From: an uncultured Candidatus Saccharibacteria bacterium
GTDB lineage: Bacteria; Patescibacteriota; Minisyncoccia; UBA6257; 2-01-FULL-56-20
Assembly (NCBI GenBank): GCA_964365185.1
Contig: CAYIOP010000003.1
Location: 40,828-104,827 of the forward strand
Direction: 5' to 3'
DNA length: 64,000 bases
Shown here one piece after another: positions 28,735 to 39,912 of the stretch. The translations under genes were made by a program, and so were the position numbers. Every line of letters starts with the position of its first letter. Position 1 is the first letter of the stretch. A model generated the notes under the pieces. It was given only the letters and a program-made list of their open reading frames with translations, was not told the origin of the DNA and did no database searches.

Positions 28735-31348
28735 CTTTAAGTTCACCTTTAATAATTTGATCCGCTAGTTTATCTAAGATTACTTTCTGAATCAAGCGCT
28801 TAAGCGGTCTGGCGCCAAACTCTGGACTAAATCCTTCTTTTGCTAAATACACCCTGGCTGATTCGTCAACCGAAATTTTAATTTTGTGTTTCACTAATCG
28901 CTTTTCAATCAAATCCAGCTGAATATCCACAATTTTCTCTATATCTCCCATTTTAAGCGCCTCAAAAATGATAATCTCGTCAATTCGATTCAAAAATTCC
29001 GGCTTAAAATCATCTCTAAGCGCCGCCATCACCTTATCTTTATAATTAGTCACCTCCGCCTCATCTTTACTAACTTTATCACCCCCTAAGTCAAAACCCA
29101 AACCCTCCATCGCTTTAAAATAGCGGCTCCCGACATTTGAAGTCATAATAATAATCGAATTTCTGAAATTCACATACTTGCCCTTGCTATCCGTAAGTCG
29201 TCCATCATCCAAAAGTTGAAGCAACAAATTAAAAATTTCCGGATGGGCTTTCTCAATCTCATCAAAAAGAATTAAACTATATGGCCGGTGACGAATAGCT
29301 TCGGTTAACTGTCCACCTTCCTCATGCCCAACATAGCCCGGCGGAGAACCAATAAGTCGCGCTGTGGCGTGCCTTTCCATATATTCCGACATGTCAAACC
29401 TAAGCATCGCCTTTTCATCATTAAACATAAACTCCGCGAGCGCCCTAGCTAGTTCGGTCTTACCCACTCCAGTCGGACCTAAAAACATAAATGATCCGAG
29501 TGGCCGATTCTCATCCGAGAGTCCTGCCCGCGCCCTCCGTAAAGCGCTGGCCACCGCATGAATCGATACTTCTTGCCCCACCACTCGAGCCCCCAAAACT
29601 TCTTCAATCTTCATTAATTTCTCGCCTTCGGACTCCAAAATTCGCTTGAGTGGTATGCCCGTCCAATTAGAGACAATATTCGCCACATCTTCTTTATCCA
29701 CCGAGTCCTTTAAAAATCTATCCGGCTCCGCGGTTTGTTTAACATCCGTCTTCTTCTTTTTAACTTCTCCTGGTTTTGAAAAATGTTTTTTTTCAAAGGC
29801 CTCTTCATCTTTCTGCGCTTGAGGCAACTCTCCATAAATTATTTGCGCCACTCGCTCAAGATTACCCGCCCTCTCCGCCATTTCCGCTTCTCTTTTTAAG
29901 CCATCAATTCGCCGCCTTAAGTCGTGAAAATTTTCAAAAACCACTTTTTCTTGTTCCCATCGTTCAGAAAGCTGACTATTAAATTGCTTTAATTTCTTTA
30001 ACTCCTTCTCGATTTCTTTTAATCTCTCGCTACTTTTAATTGTCTCGCTTAAGAGCGCTTGTTTCTCTATTTCTAATTTCATAATCTCGTGACGAACTCG
30101 GTCTATTTCTTTAGGCAAACTTTCTGTTTCCAGCCGCCTCGCCGCTGCCGCTTCATCAATCAAGTCCACTGCCTTATCCGGCAAAAATCTATCCGTAATA
30201 TAACGAGCTGACAAATTTACCGCCTCCACGATCGCTTCGTCCGTAATTCTAAGTCCGTGATGAATTTCATATTTTTCCTTAAGACCTCGTAAAATTGCGA
30301 TACTATCATCAATAGTCGGCTCATCCACCATAATCGGCTGGAATCGCCTCTCTAAAGCCGGGTCTTTTTCGATATAGCGTTGGTATTCCCTAATCGTGGT
30401 TGCTCCAATCGCATGCAGCTCCCCTCTCGCGAGTGATGGTTTCAGCAAATTCGATGCGTCCACCGCTCCTTCAGCCGCTCCCGCGCCCACAATCGTGTGA
30501 ATTTCATCAATAAAAAGAATTATTCGCCCGCTTTCGTTTTTTATTTCTTTTATAAAGGCCTTTAAACGATCCTCAAATTCTCCTCTAAATTTTGTTCCGG
30601 CTATAAGCGCCCCTAAATCCAACATAATAATCTGCTTATTTTTTAAAGGCTCTGGCACATTCCCTGATATAATTTTCTGGGCTAAACCCTCGACAATGGC
30701 GGTCTTGCCCACTCCTGGTTCACCGATTAAAACCGGATTATTTTTTGTCCTTCGGGATAACACCTGAATCACCCGCCGCAGTTCATCCTCTCGCCCAATT
30801 ACCGGATCAAGCTCTCCGGCTTTGGCTTTATTAGTTATATTAATCGCGTATTTCTCAAGCACTTGAAATTTTGACTCGGGTGTTTCATCAGTAATTCTTA
30901 CCGATCCTCTAAGTTGGCCAAAAACCCTAAGCGCCATTTCTTTTCTTAAACCAAACTGCTGCAAAATCGATTGCGCGAGTGACGTCACATCTAAAATCGC
31001 CAGCAGTAAATGTTCGCAGGAAATAAACTCGTCTTTCTGCGAAGTGGCGACCTTCGCCGCCTGTTCCAAAACCTGCATAAGTTCCTGCGAAAGATAAAGC
31101 TGACTAATATTGGTTCCGCTTACCAGCTTCGGCAATTTATCAAGCTCCGCTTCAACTTGGCTATGAAGTTTTTCCAAATTCACTCCCGAACGCGCCAAAA
31201 TCGGCTGGACCAGTGATTGCTGGTCATATAACAAACTTGCCAAAAGATGGATGGCTTTAAGCTCTCCGTTGCTTTTTTTAGCCGCTAACTCTTGAGCGTT
31301 TTGAAGCGCTTCTTGAGCTTTAATTGTAAAACGATGAAAGTTAGGCAT
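28679..31348 (-). CDS. clpB: ATP-dependent chaperone ClpB
   Basis: Two AAA+ modules ([16 protein letters not shown]), long coiled-coil middle domain, PPGYVG. Confidence 0.93.
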   Translation of the reverse strand: MPNFHRFTIKAQEALQNAQELAAKKSNGELKAIHLLASLLYDQQSLVQPILARSGVNLEKLHSQVEAELDKLPKLVSGTNISQLYLSQELMQVLEQAAKVATSQKDEFISCEHLLLAILDVTSLAQSILQQFGLRKEMALRVFGQLRGSVRITDETPESKFQVLEKYAINITNKAKAGELDPVIGREDELRRVIQVLSRRTKNNPVLIGEPGVGKTAIVEGLAQKIISGNVPEPLKNKQIIMLDLGALIAGTKFRGEFEDRLKAFIKEIKNESGRIILFIDEIHTIVGAGAAEGAVDASNLLKPSLARGELHAIGATTIREYQRYIEKDPALERRFQPIMVDEPTIDDSIAILRGLKEKYEIHHGLRITDEAIVEAVNLSARYITDRFLPDKAVDLIDEAAAARRLETESLPKEIDRVRHEIMKLEIEKQALLSETIKSSERLKEIEKELKKLKQFNSQLSERWEQEKVVFENFHDLRRRIDGLKREAEMAERAGNLERVAQIIYGELPQAQKDEEAFEKKHFSKPGEVKKKKTDVKQTAEPDRFLKDSVDKEDVANIVSNWTGIPLKRILESEGEKLMKIEEVLGARVVGQEVSIHAVASALRRARAGLSDENRPLGSFMFLGPTGVGKTELARALAEFMFNDEKAMLRFDMSEYMERHATARLIGSPPGYVGHEEGGQLTEAIRHRPYSLILFDEIEKAHPEIFNLLLQLLDDGRLTDSKGKYVNFRNSIIIMTSNVGSRYFKAMEGLGFDLGGDKVSKDEAEVTNYKDKVMAALRDDFKPEFLNRIDEIIIFEALKMGDIEKIVDIQLDLIEKRLVKHKIKISVDESARVYLAKEGFSPEFGARPLKRLIQKVILDKLADQIIKGELKDGDRVKVNFKANSLVFSS

Positions 31349-31487
31349 ATAAAATTAGGTTGGAGGTGTTAGTCGATAGGTTTTAAATACCCCAAACCTA
31401 TCCACAAAACCTAAGCTGAGTTTAACACATAAATATAAAAATTTAAAGATTTCTGCAACCTATAACCTGTAACCCATCACCCATCAC

Positions 31488-32792
31488 CTATTGCATTGGT
31501 CTTTTGCCAAGTTTTACGGTTATATTTAAAATTTTTCCCTTGCGATTAATTTTAAAGCTCGCTGACTGCCCAACTTGAAGTTCAGAAATAATTTCTCCCA
31601 AACCATTGTCGTCGCCAATTTTCTTTCCATTCACTTCCAAAATAATATCTTCTGCTAAAATTCCGGCCTTATCAGCCGGCGAACCCGACTCCACTCCTGG
31701 CCCTTCTTCGTTGCCGCGAATAAGCGCTCCGTAATCAGCCAACAACCTTTCCTTCTTAGCCAATTCCTCCGTCACCAACATATACCGCACACCCAAATAA
31801 GGCGTCTGAATTTCTCCAGTTGTTTTAACCGAACTAATATCTCGTTTGGCTTTATTAATTGGAATAGCAAAACCAATATTCTGAGCGCCCGAGACAATCG
31901 CCGTGTTAATACCAATTACCTCTCCTCTCAAATTAAGTAGCGGCCCGCCGGAATTACCCGGATTAATCGCCGCGTCAGTCTGAATCACGCCGGATATTGT
32001 TTCAGCCCTCCGGCCATCTGAAGCTGTAATTTCACGCGACAAGCCGGAAATCACGCCCACTGAAACCGTATTTCTAAATTCACCCAAAGCATTTCCAATC
32101 GCAATCACCGACTGCCCCAATTCTATTGAACTTGAATCCCCTAATGTGAGCACCTTAAGTCCCCGAGCATCAATTTCAAGCACTGCTAAATCTTGCGCTG
32201 AATCTCTGGCTAACACCTTGGCTGAATATTTCTTGCCATCATTCGTAAAAACCGTATACGAAGCGGCGGTATCAGAAACCACATGTCGATTAGTCACAAT
32301 CAAACCGTCTTCCGCCACTATAAATCCACTTCCGCCGCCTATTTCCCTTAATTCCGTTCCTTTTTCACATGGTTGGCTAAATCCAAAAAAATCATCGCCA
32401 AAAAACTGCTGAAATTCTCTTGGCAAATCCGGGAAGGGATTAAAAGGGCAATTCTCGATAATCGCTACGTTTTTAGACACGGTAATCGAAACCACTGCCG
32501 GCGACGCCTTTTTAACTGCCGCAATCACTGCCTGCTCATAATCAAGCGCTGGTTTATAAAGCGACGTTTCTTTATTTGATTCATTATTAGATTTAACTAC
32601 TTCGCCATTTGCGCTTGGCAATTCGCTATTATCATCTCCGCTATTGCTAAAAGGTTTAGTAATGCTCCCCCATAAATCTTTGAAAAAATCCGCCCGTGCC
32701 GATGGCGCCTTAAACGCTGAACCCAAAAAAATAATTACTGCCAAAGCCACTGTAATAGAAACCAGAGCTTTTTTATTTTTAATTAAATTCAT
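31488..32792 (-). CDS. HtrA/DegP-type serine protease with PDZ domain
   Basis: GSGF, TNRHV, QTDAAINPGNSGGPL, PDZ. Confidence 0.95.
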   Translation of the reverse strand: MNLIKNKKALVSITVALAVIIFLGSAFKAPSARADFFKDLWGSITKPFSNSGDDNSELPSANGEVVKSNNESNKETSLYKPALDYEQAVIAAVKKASPAVVSITVSKNVAIIENCPFNPFPDLPREFQQFFGDDFFGFSQPCEKGTELREIGGGSGFIVAEDGLIVTNRHVVSDTAASYTVFTNDGKKYSAKVLARDSAQDLAVLEIDARGLKVLTLGDSSSIELGQSVIAIGNALGEFRNTVSVGVISGLSREITASDGRRAETISGVIQTDAAINPGNSGGPLLNLRGEVIGINTAIVSGAQNIGFAIPINKAKRDISSVKTTGEIQTPYLGVRYMLVTEELAKKERLLADYGALIRGNEEGPGVESGSPADKAGILAEDIILEVNGKKIGDDNGLGEIISELQVGQSASFKINRKGKILNITVKLGKRPMQ

Positions 32793-32863
32793 ATTTTATT
32801 TGATTATTTTATTTTATATACGACCAAAATTTTGATAATTGTTAACTGAATAGTTCTATTATA

Positions 32864-33002
32864 TATACCCCGTAGGAAATAGCGAAAAAATACTAAATAT
32901 TTTTAAGCTACTATAATCCATATAAACATTAGATAAATATTAGATAATCAAAAAAAGTCGTTAATAAACTAACAAAAAAATATTTATTTCCTACGGGGTA
33001 TA
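32864..33002. mobile_element. MITE with 18-bp perfect terminal inverted repeats
   Basis: TATACCCCGTAGGAAATA ... TATTTCCTACGGGGTATA around an AT-rich non-coding core; a solo end at about 8095-8111. Confidence 0.8.
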
Positions 33003-33056
33003 ATACGAAAAAATCTCAAAAATGTTTCAAAAAATTATTCACGTCATACGTATCGG

Positions 33057-33635
33057 TTAAAATAAAATGGCTTGCTCCGGCTTCCGAAGCTGTACTTTTT
33101 TAATCTCTCCCGTTTCTTTGTTAGGAATCAAAAAATATCCGTCCTTTAAATATAAATCATAAAGTTCTTTGGTGATTCGCACATCTTCCAAACAATATTT
33201 TTTAAGCTCCTCAATTTTTCCGGCTTTATAAAGCTCAATTGCCTCTGCTCCTGATTGCGACTTCGGCACGCCCAAATTCGCTTCAGAGAGTCGGCTCAAA
33301 CTAATCCTCCGCCCAACTGCCATCTCAATCTCTTGAAGCAAATCCACTCTCTCCTTCTGCCAAAGATCAACTTCCCTGGTCTCGGACATCCTTAAAAAAT
33401 GCGCTTGAAGCACTGGAATGTCATACCGGTTAATACTAAAACCCACCAATCTTTCAGCTCCCTTAAAAATCTCCGCCGCCTTCACTAATTCATCTTCTTC
33501 AAAACAAAAATATTTATTTTTCAAATACGAATAAACTCCGACCGCCGAAATTTGAAGCGCCTCAAAATTATCCCGCCCTACTCCTGGGTCAGTAAAAAAA
33601 TTTTTGGTTTCAATGTCGAATACAATAGTGTCCAT
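33057..33635 (-). CDS. RNase H-like/DEDD 3'-5' exonuclease domain protein
   Basis: VFDIET, GFSINRYDIP, YCLEDV. Confidence 0.88.
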   Translation of the reverse strand: MDTIVFDIETKNFFTDPGVGRDNFEALQISAVGVYSYLKNKYFCFEEDELVKAAEIFKGAERLVGFSINRYDIPVLQAHFLRMSETREVDLWQKERVDLLQEIEMAVGRRISLSRLSEANLGVPKSQSGAEAIELYKAGKIEELKKYCLEDVRITKELYDLYLKDGYFLIPNKETGEIKKVQLRKPEQAILF

Positions 33636-33672
33636 AGTTTGCAACTTGCCATTTGCCATTTGCGCTTTGCCA

Positions 33673-34155
33673 CTACACATGCCTATCCGCCACATGACTC
33701 GCCGCATAACTTTCCGGCTTGGTTCTTGCCTCAAAGTTATAGGCCCGTATCATCCCTACCACTTCATTTATCATCGCTTTAGTCGGTCCATGTTCACCAA
33801 TATCCGCGTGAATCTCAAAATCAAAATCCACTTTTTTAAAATTCTGAAACTCATCCAAAATTTTCTGCGCCACCTCAAGTGAAAGCAAAACCTCTTTTAT
33901 AATTCTATCTCGAAGCGTATGAAATTTACCGAGCTCCAGTCGCCGCCAAAAATATCGGCCGCCATTCCCAACCCGATGCACCACCACCGCTGTCACGAAA
34001 TCCGCTCTCCCATCAACTAACCGAAGCGAATCCGTGCCAATCGTAATCTTATAACGCCGCTTCAAATCACCTTCCATGAATCGGATGACTTCAGAGACAA
34101 CCTGATTAACCGAAAATTTCAATCCCAAAGAACTGTTAAATAACAATTTTTCCAT
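33673..34155 (-). CDS. RNase H-like YkuK (DUF458) family protein
   Basis: IGTDS, VVHRVGNGG, EIHADIG, KPESYAASHVADRH. Confidence 0.88.
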   Translation of the reverse strand: MEKLLFNSSLGLKFSVNQVVSEVIRFMEGDLKRRYKITIGTDSLRLVDGRADFVTAVVVHRVGNGGRYFWRRLELGKFHTLRDRIIKEVLLSLEVAQKILDEFQNFKKVDFDFEIHADIGEHGPTKAMINEVVGMIRAYNFEARTKPESYAASHVADRHV

Positions 34156-34255
34156 CCTCACACTATACTCTCAAAAACGATATTTAATCAATGTTTGTGA
34201 AAACAAAAAGGAGCTAAAAGCGAATTCATTTCACCTTAGCTCCTAACCGTGCCAC

Positions 34256-34690
34256 TCACACTTCTGCATTACCATTCCCTTTCGCCTCAGTTAAAATTCC
34301 TTTTTCTTCATTCGAATTCCATCGAGGAACAACCCTTGCTCCTAAAAGCTTTGATTCCAATTCATCTTGTATTTCTTGGAAAGTTATTTGCTTTCTATAA
34401 AGACCGACAATCCAAGGAATCAATGAATCGGGTTTAATTGATCCATTCCAAATCAAAAGCAGAATAGTATCGTCCTTCGACTCACTACCATTCGTATTCG
34501 AATCGTCTCCGACACTATCACCAGGTATTAAACCCACTATTCCTTCTCGGGCGTCCCGAAAATTTAATTTCCTTCTCCCAAGATTATCTAGAATTGAAAT
34601 CAACTCATCCGGCTTCACCCTTTGACCCTGAATGTGTTTAAAAAGAATTCTAAGCGGCGACCGAACAAATTTTTCTGGCACTTTTCTCAC
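34256..34690 (-). CDS. Hypothetical protein (accessory, SD-led)
   Basis: AAGGAGGTGA SD; promoter TTGACA-17-TAGATT at 34719-34747; the start may be GTG at 34681. Confidence 0.6.
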   Translation of the reverse strand: MRKVPEKFVRSPLRILFKHIQGQRVKPDELISILDNLGRRKLNFRDAREGIVGLIPGDSVGDDSNTNGSESKDDTILLLIWNGSIKPDSLIPWIVGLYRKQITFQEIQDELESKLLGARVVPRWNSNEEKGILTEAKGNGNAEV

Positions 34691-34769
34691 CTCCTTTCAA
34701 AGTTAAGGTTCTATCTTTAATCTACGAATTTCAAAGTATTTTGTCAAGTCAACCCTGTGTTTAAACTGT

Positions 34770-36107
34770 TTATATCCTAGAGGAAATAAAGTCCAAAACC
34801 TCTTTCTTTTTATCCTCAAAAACTTCTTTAGTCATCGCTTCAATTGTTACTCGCAGCAACGGCTCCGTATTTGAAGACCTCACATTCACCCACCAATCTG
34901 GATATTCCACTGTTAACCCATCCAGCTCATCTTGCTTGGCATCTTTATATTTTTCTTTAAATTTAGAAATTACTTCTGCCGCCGAAAGTTCGTTTAACGG
35001 AAAATTAATCTCGTCGCTTTTGTAGTATTTACTAAATGGTTTCACAATTTCTGAAAACGGCTGGTCGGATTCGGAAATCAATTGAAGTAAAATTAAAAAT
35101 GCGATAAATCCCGAATCCGCGTAACCATTATCTCTAAAAGCGTAGTGGGACGAAAGCTCGCCGCTTACAATCGCATTATTTTTCCTCATCGCCGCCGTCA
35201 CATTGGCGTAACCCACCGCCGACCGAACTGGCTTACCTCCCCACTCTAAAATAAACTCTCTCACTACTCTTGAACAAATGGCGTTATAAACAATTGCCGC
35301 GCCTGGTTCTCTCTCTAACATCAACTTAGCCAAAAGCAATAAGGTAATATCCGCTCGAATAAAATTTCCTTTTTCATCCACAAAAAAAAGCCGGTCGGTG
35401 TCTCCGTCAAAAATCACGCCAAAGTCAGCTTTCTCCTCAAGCACTTTTTCCCGAATCGCCACTTGGCTTTTTGGATCCAACGGATTTGAAGGATGGTTCG
35501 GAAAAGATCCGTCCAATTCAAAAAATAAAGGAATTACTTTAATCGACAGACCTGCCCCTAACATTGGTATTACTTTTCCCGCCATGCCATTACCCGCGTC
35601 CACCACTACCTTAAATTTTTTGATTTTTGAAAGATCAATAAAAGAAAAAAGATGTTCCAAAAAAGCCGGCCAAATATCAAAACTTTTAATTTGACCTTTT
35701 TTATTTGTTTCTTTAAACGGCTTTTGAAGTAACTCCAATACTTGCCGACCCCAAACCCACTCCATTCCTCGCTTGGCAATTTTCATTCCATTATATTCCC
35801 GAGGATTATGCGACGCGGTAATCATCACCGCTCCAGCATAATTCAATTTGTGAACCGCAAAATAAACAGCGTCAATCGAAACTTGCCCCAAATCATCGAC
35901 ACTGCACCCAACTTCCATCATCCCCTTGGTGAGATGGCTAAAAAGAGAATCGCTGCCAATTCTCATATCTCTCCCCACCGCCACTGGTCCTTCGCCAAAA
36001 TATGTGCCAAGGGCCTTTCCGATCAGTAAAGCCGCTGCCTCGTTTAATTCTGTGGGATAAATACCGCGGACGTCGTAGGTTTTAAAAATATTTTTGTTAA
36101 TCTCCAT
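34770..36107 (-). CDS. Phosphomannomutase/phosphoglucomutase
   Basis: ITASHNP, FDGDTDR, GELSSH, RSSNTEP. Confidence 0.95.
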   Translation of the reverse strand: MEINKNIFKTYDVRGIYPTELNEAAALLIGKALGTYFGEGPVAVGRDMRIGSDSLFSHLTKGMMEVGCSVDDLGQVSIDAVYFAVHKLNYAGAVMITASHNPREYNGMKIAKRGMEWVWGRQVLELLQKPFKETNKKGQIKSFDIWPAFLEHLFSFIDLSKIKKFKVVVDAGNGMAGKVIPMLGAGLSIKVIPLFFELDGSFPNHPSNPLDPKSQVAIREKVLEEKADFGVIFDGDTDRLFFVDEKGNFIRADITLLLLAKLMLEREPGAAIVYNAICSRVVREFILEWGGKPVRSAVGYANVTAAMRKNNAIVSGELSSHYAFRDNGYADSGFIAFLILLQLISESDQPFSEIVKPFSKYYKSDEINFPLNELSAAEVISKFKEKYKDAKQDELDGLTVEYPDWWVNVRSSNTEPLLRVTIEAMTKEVFEDKKKEVLDFISSRI

Positions 36108-36199
36108 TTGATTAATCTTAAAATACCTTGACTATTATCACAATTCGCTAAAAACCTAAGTTGCCTTTAAAGTCTAAATATAAGAAAATTAACCTGTAA

Positions 36200-38293
36200 A
36201 TGGCTAAAAAGAAAAGAAAAAGAGACGAAGAAGAAAACGAAGATGAGAATGGCGACGGCTGGCTCAAACCCGAAACCAAGCGCAGTATCTATGGCGTAGC
36301 CGCGGTTGGTTTAGCGGTTATTTTAATCCTCGCCCGCATCCACCAAGCCGGACCAGTCGGCAATTTCATCTTTAATTTCCTCACCACCCTCCTTGGCTGG
36401 GGCTACCTTATCCTGCCCGTGGCTTTAATTCTCTCTGGTGGCACTCTTATCCTTACCAACCGAAAAAGGCCGTCATTAGTAGTATTTTTAGGCGCCACTC
36501 TACTTATCCTGTCTTTTTTAGGCATTGTTCATATCTTTGCGCCAAGTCAAGGCGGCTGGGTTGGATTTATTTTAGGCAGTTTAAATTCAGCTTTCGGCCG
36601 GATTGCCGCCACTGTTATCAATTGCTCTCTTTTAATTATTGCCACTTTAATTACGCTCAATATCCCGATTCGCCTAAAACTGCCCCAGCATAAAAAATCC
36701 GCTGTCATCACCGGCAACGCCAATGAAACTAGTGAAGAAAACGAAAAAGAATCCCCTGAAGAAGAAAATGAAAAGGAAGAACCAGATGATGAGCCCGAAA
36801 AAGAGGAAGAAAAAGAACCGCTGGTTAAAACCTTTGGCCTCTTTTCTCCAAAACCCAAAAAAGCCGTGGCCAAAATAAAAAATTATGTCCCTCCGCCGCT
36901 TGATCTTTTAAAATCCTCCACCGAAAAACCGACCACCGGCGACCTTCGCGCCAATGCCAACATCATCAAACGCACGCTCGAGTCCTTTGGCATGCCGGTT
37001 GATATGGGCGAAATCAATATTGGCCCCAAAGTCACTCGCTATACCCTCAAACCCGCCGAAGGCATTAAACTCTCCCGTATCACAGCGCTCAGCCAAGACC
37101 TGGCGCTGGCTCTCGCCACTCATCCCATCCGGATTGAAGCGCCAATCCCAGGAAAATCTCTGATTGGCATCGAAGTTCCAAACAAAGCTGCGGCCTTGGT
37201 CCGCTTAGGCAGCTTAATGCTCTATCCCGAATTTCAATCCTCTGGACCACTAGGATTTTGTTTGGGCCGTAATGTAAGCGGCGAACCCGTCTTTGCCAAC
37301 ATCGCAAAAATGCCTCACCTAATGGTTGCCGGTGCCACTGGCTCTGGCAAATCCATCACCATCCACTCCATTCTTATCTCCCTGCTTTATAAAAATTCTC
37401 CTCAAACCTTAAAACTTATTTTGATTGACCCAAAAAGAGTCGAGCTCTCAATTTACGGCATGCTCCCTCATTTGGCCACACCAGTCATCACTGAAAATAA
37501 AAAAGCTATTAATGTTTTGCGCTGGGCGATAACCGAAATGGATCGAAGATACGACATTCTACTTAAAGCCGGCCGCAGAGATATTGGCACTTACAACGAG
37601 TCCAATCCAGAAGAAGCAATTCCTTATCTTTTAATTGTGGTCGACGAACTGGCTGATTTAATGAGCTCCTACGGGCGAGATGTCGAAAGTTCGATTGTCC
37701 GATTAGCTCAAATGGCTAGGGCCACTGGCATCCACTTAATTCTTTCCACTCAACGACCATCTGTTGAAATTATCACCGGCCTTATCAAAGCCAATATTAC
37801 GAGTCGCATTGCGCTCCAAGTAGCCAGTCAAATTGACTCCCGCACTATTTTAGATACCTCGGGCGCTGAAAAACTTTTAGGCGGCGGCGACCTGCTTTTC
37901 ATCTCTTCGGAACTTTCCAAACCCAAACGCATCCAAAGCGCTTATCTCACTGAAGAAGAAGTAAACAAAGTCACCAAATTCATCATTGAAAACAACGACC
38001 TTGAAGAAGCGGAAAGTGAAGAAATTAATTTAAACAACAACCAGCAGCCAGCCGATGTTCTAGATGGTTTTGAAGGAGAATCGGCGGATGATGACAAACT
38101 TTACGAAGAAGCCGTAGTAACTATTCGAGATGCGGGCAAGGCCTCAGCTTCTTTTCTTCAGCGTCGCCTTAAAGTTGGCTATGCCCGTGCCGCCCGGCTT
38201 TTGGATATGATGGAAGAAAATGGTTTAATCGGCCCAGGTGAAGGCGCCAAAGCCAGAGAGGTCTTCACTGAAAATTTCCCTCCTGCTGACTAA
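36200..38293 (+). CDS. ftsK: DNA translocase FtsK
   Basis: 4 TMs, AGATGSGKS, DELAD, gamma domain SFLQRRLKVGYARAAR. Confidence 0.97.
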   Translation: MAKKKRKRDEEENEDENGDGWLKPETKRSIYGVAAVGLAVILILARIHQAGPVGNFIFNFLTTLLGWGYLILPVALILSGGTLILTNRKRPSLVVFLGATLLILSFLGIVHIFAPSQGGWVGFILGSLNSAFGRIAATVINCSLLIIATLITLNIPIRLKLPQHKKSAVITGNANETSEENEKESPEEENEKEEPDDEPEKEEEKEPLVKTFGLFSPKPKKAVAKIKNYVPPPLDLLKSSTEKPTTGDLRANANIIKRTLESFGMPVDMGEINIGPKVTRYTLKPAEGIKLSRITALSQDLALALATHPIRIEAPIPGKSLIGIEVPNKAAALVRLGSLMLYPEFQSSGPLGFCLGRNVSGEPVFANIAKMPHLMVAGATGSGKSITIHSILISLLYKNSPQTLKLILIDPKRVELSIYGMLPHLATPVITENKKAINVLRWAITEMDRRYDILLKAGRRDIGTYNESNPEEAIPYLLIVVDELADLMSSYGRDVESSIVRLAQMARATGIHLILSTQRPSVEIITGLIKANITSRIALQVASQIDSRTILDTSGAEKLLGGGDLLFISSELSKPKRIQSAYLTEEEVNKVTKFIIENNDLEEAESEEINLNNNQQPADVLDGFEGESADDDKLYEEAVVTIRDAGKASASFLQRRLKVGYARAARLLDMMEENGLIGPGEGAKAREVFTENFPPAD

Positions 38294-38357
38294 ATTTTCT
38301 CCCTAAATCCCATATCCTTTCCTAAATTCTAAATCCTATATTCTATATTCTAATCCT

Positions 38358-39029
38358 ATGGATTTCCCTCAATTTCTAAACGAAAAACTTAAAGAAAAAG
38401 GATTAACTTTAAAAAAGTTATCCGACCTAAGCGGTATTGCTCTAAAGCATCTTGAAAATTTGATGACCGGAAATTTAAACGACCTTCCCGCCGCTCCTTA
38501 TGTCCGCGGCTATCTTGCCAAACTCGGCGAAGTTCTCGACTTTGACAGCGATACTTGGTGGCAACGGCTTGCCGCCCAAAAAGAAATTTCCTCCTCTGGC
38601 TCCGCTGATCGGCTTCCAGATAATCGCTTTCTTAAAAAATCATCGTCTAAAAAAATCTGGCTCATAGTTATTATAATCATCGCTCTTTTTTATTTTGGCA
38701 TCCGCCTGCCAGAAATCATTGGCCGCCCCACCCTAACCATCACCTTTCCTCCTGAAAACCTAGCTACTTTAAATTCTAAAGAGCTAATGATCACCGGCCA
38801 CATTAAAAACGGCAACAAGGTTTTAGTGAATGGTGAAGAAATATTAATTAACGCCGAAGGTGATTGGCAAAAAATTATCCCGCTTGACCCGGGCTTAAAT
38901 AATATCGAAATTACCGGTAAAAAATTCCTGGGCCGCGAAGTCAAAATTATCCGCGAGATTATCTACGAAGAACCAAAAGAAAATCTGGAAGAATCTAACG
39001 CCACCTCAACTAAACAATCAGTAGAATAA
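38358..39029 (+). CDS. RodZ-like HTH-TM-Ig protein
   Basis: HTH with YVRGYL, a TM and an Ig-like domain (GLNNIEI); follows ftsK. Confidence 0.8.
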   Translation: MDFPQFLNEKLKEKGLTLKKLSDLSGIALKHLENLMTGNLNDLPAAPYVRGYLAKLGEVLDFDSDTWWQRLAAQKEISSSGSADRLPDNRFLKKSSSKKIWLIVIIIIALFYFGIRLPEIIGRPTLTITFPPENLATLNSKELMITGHIKNGNKVLVNGEEILINAEGDWQKIIPLDPGLNNIEITGKKFLGREVKIIREIIYEEPKENLEESNATSTKQSVE

Positions 39030-39085
39030 ACTACGCGTCGAAAAGTGGTATGATACTCCACTGCCACTAGTAGCTAAAAATAAAA

Positions 39086-39111
39086 GCTGGAGACAATTTC
39101 TTGCCTCCAGC
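39086..39111 (-). terminator. Intrinsic terminator closing the micro-ORF chain
   Basis: GCTGGAG stem followed by TTTTATTTTT on the minus strand. Confidence 0.65.
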
Positions 39112-39224
39112 ACTTGATCCTCTAGGATCAAGAAAACCCACATGTTCCAGGAATGTAACGTATTCCTAAAAAAGTACACCTGCCCCCTAAATTGCCGCGA
39201 AATGAGCTAACGAGAACAGAAGCT

Positions 39225-39729
39225 CTAGTCCCCAGTAGCCGGATACGCATTGCCGATACAGACATCTCGATTTCCTTGGTCCATACTATTCCCCGTCCTC
39301 TGGACCGCATGGTCGAAATGGTTCTTCCGGATCCCAACAACGTTTCATTCTAACCCCCATCTCCTTCTTTGTAGTCAAGACGTTTTCTCATCTTAACCTT
39401 CTTTCTCTAGCCCCACTTCTACGTGACCAGTGTTCGTTCCGAGTTCAATTCACATCCTCCAGACACCGCGGTTGTGCCGAATTAGTGAATAAAAGTGCGT
39501 CAGACAAGATCACCTCCTTCTCTATTCACCCTTTGTCGGATCAAAAAAAGAAGTAATTTCTTTCATTCTTTCACCTCCTCTCTTCCTTAAAATTTTTCTT
39601 AGGCCACCGACTCAGATCAACTCCCCGAAAACCGTGACGAACACAAAGCTCGTGAAGTCTACACAGAACTGTAAAAATTGAATTATTAGATCCCCCCCTT
39701 CGTCGCCCAATCCTACTTTCTTGTTTCAT
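39225..39729 (-). other. Chain of seven SD-led small ORFs (52, 14, 20, 9, 13, 20, 19 aa)
   Basis: Starts at 39729, 39566, 39507, 39448, 39391, 39348 and 39284; GGAG/GGAGGTGA-type SDs; TAG-N-ATG junctions. Confidence 0.5.
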
Positions 39730-39912
39730 AAAATCTCCCTGTTAATATACTAAGATCATCATACAACATTTACACAGTCAAAACAAACTCACCTTATTCG
39801 CATTATTTGAATAAATTAGCATTATTAGCGATTACTCCTTTTTATTCGTATCATTCGTCCGCCAGCTGGCGGAACATTTGTAGATTGGCATTATGTAATA
39901 TAAAATATCCCT

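Noticed and set aside
39128-39340. 70-aa ORF in the track, or TAG readthrough joining the micro-ORFs
   Set aside because: The small ORFs lie in different frames and TAG/TGA end normal genes elsewhere; there is no sign of recoding.
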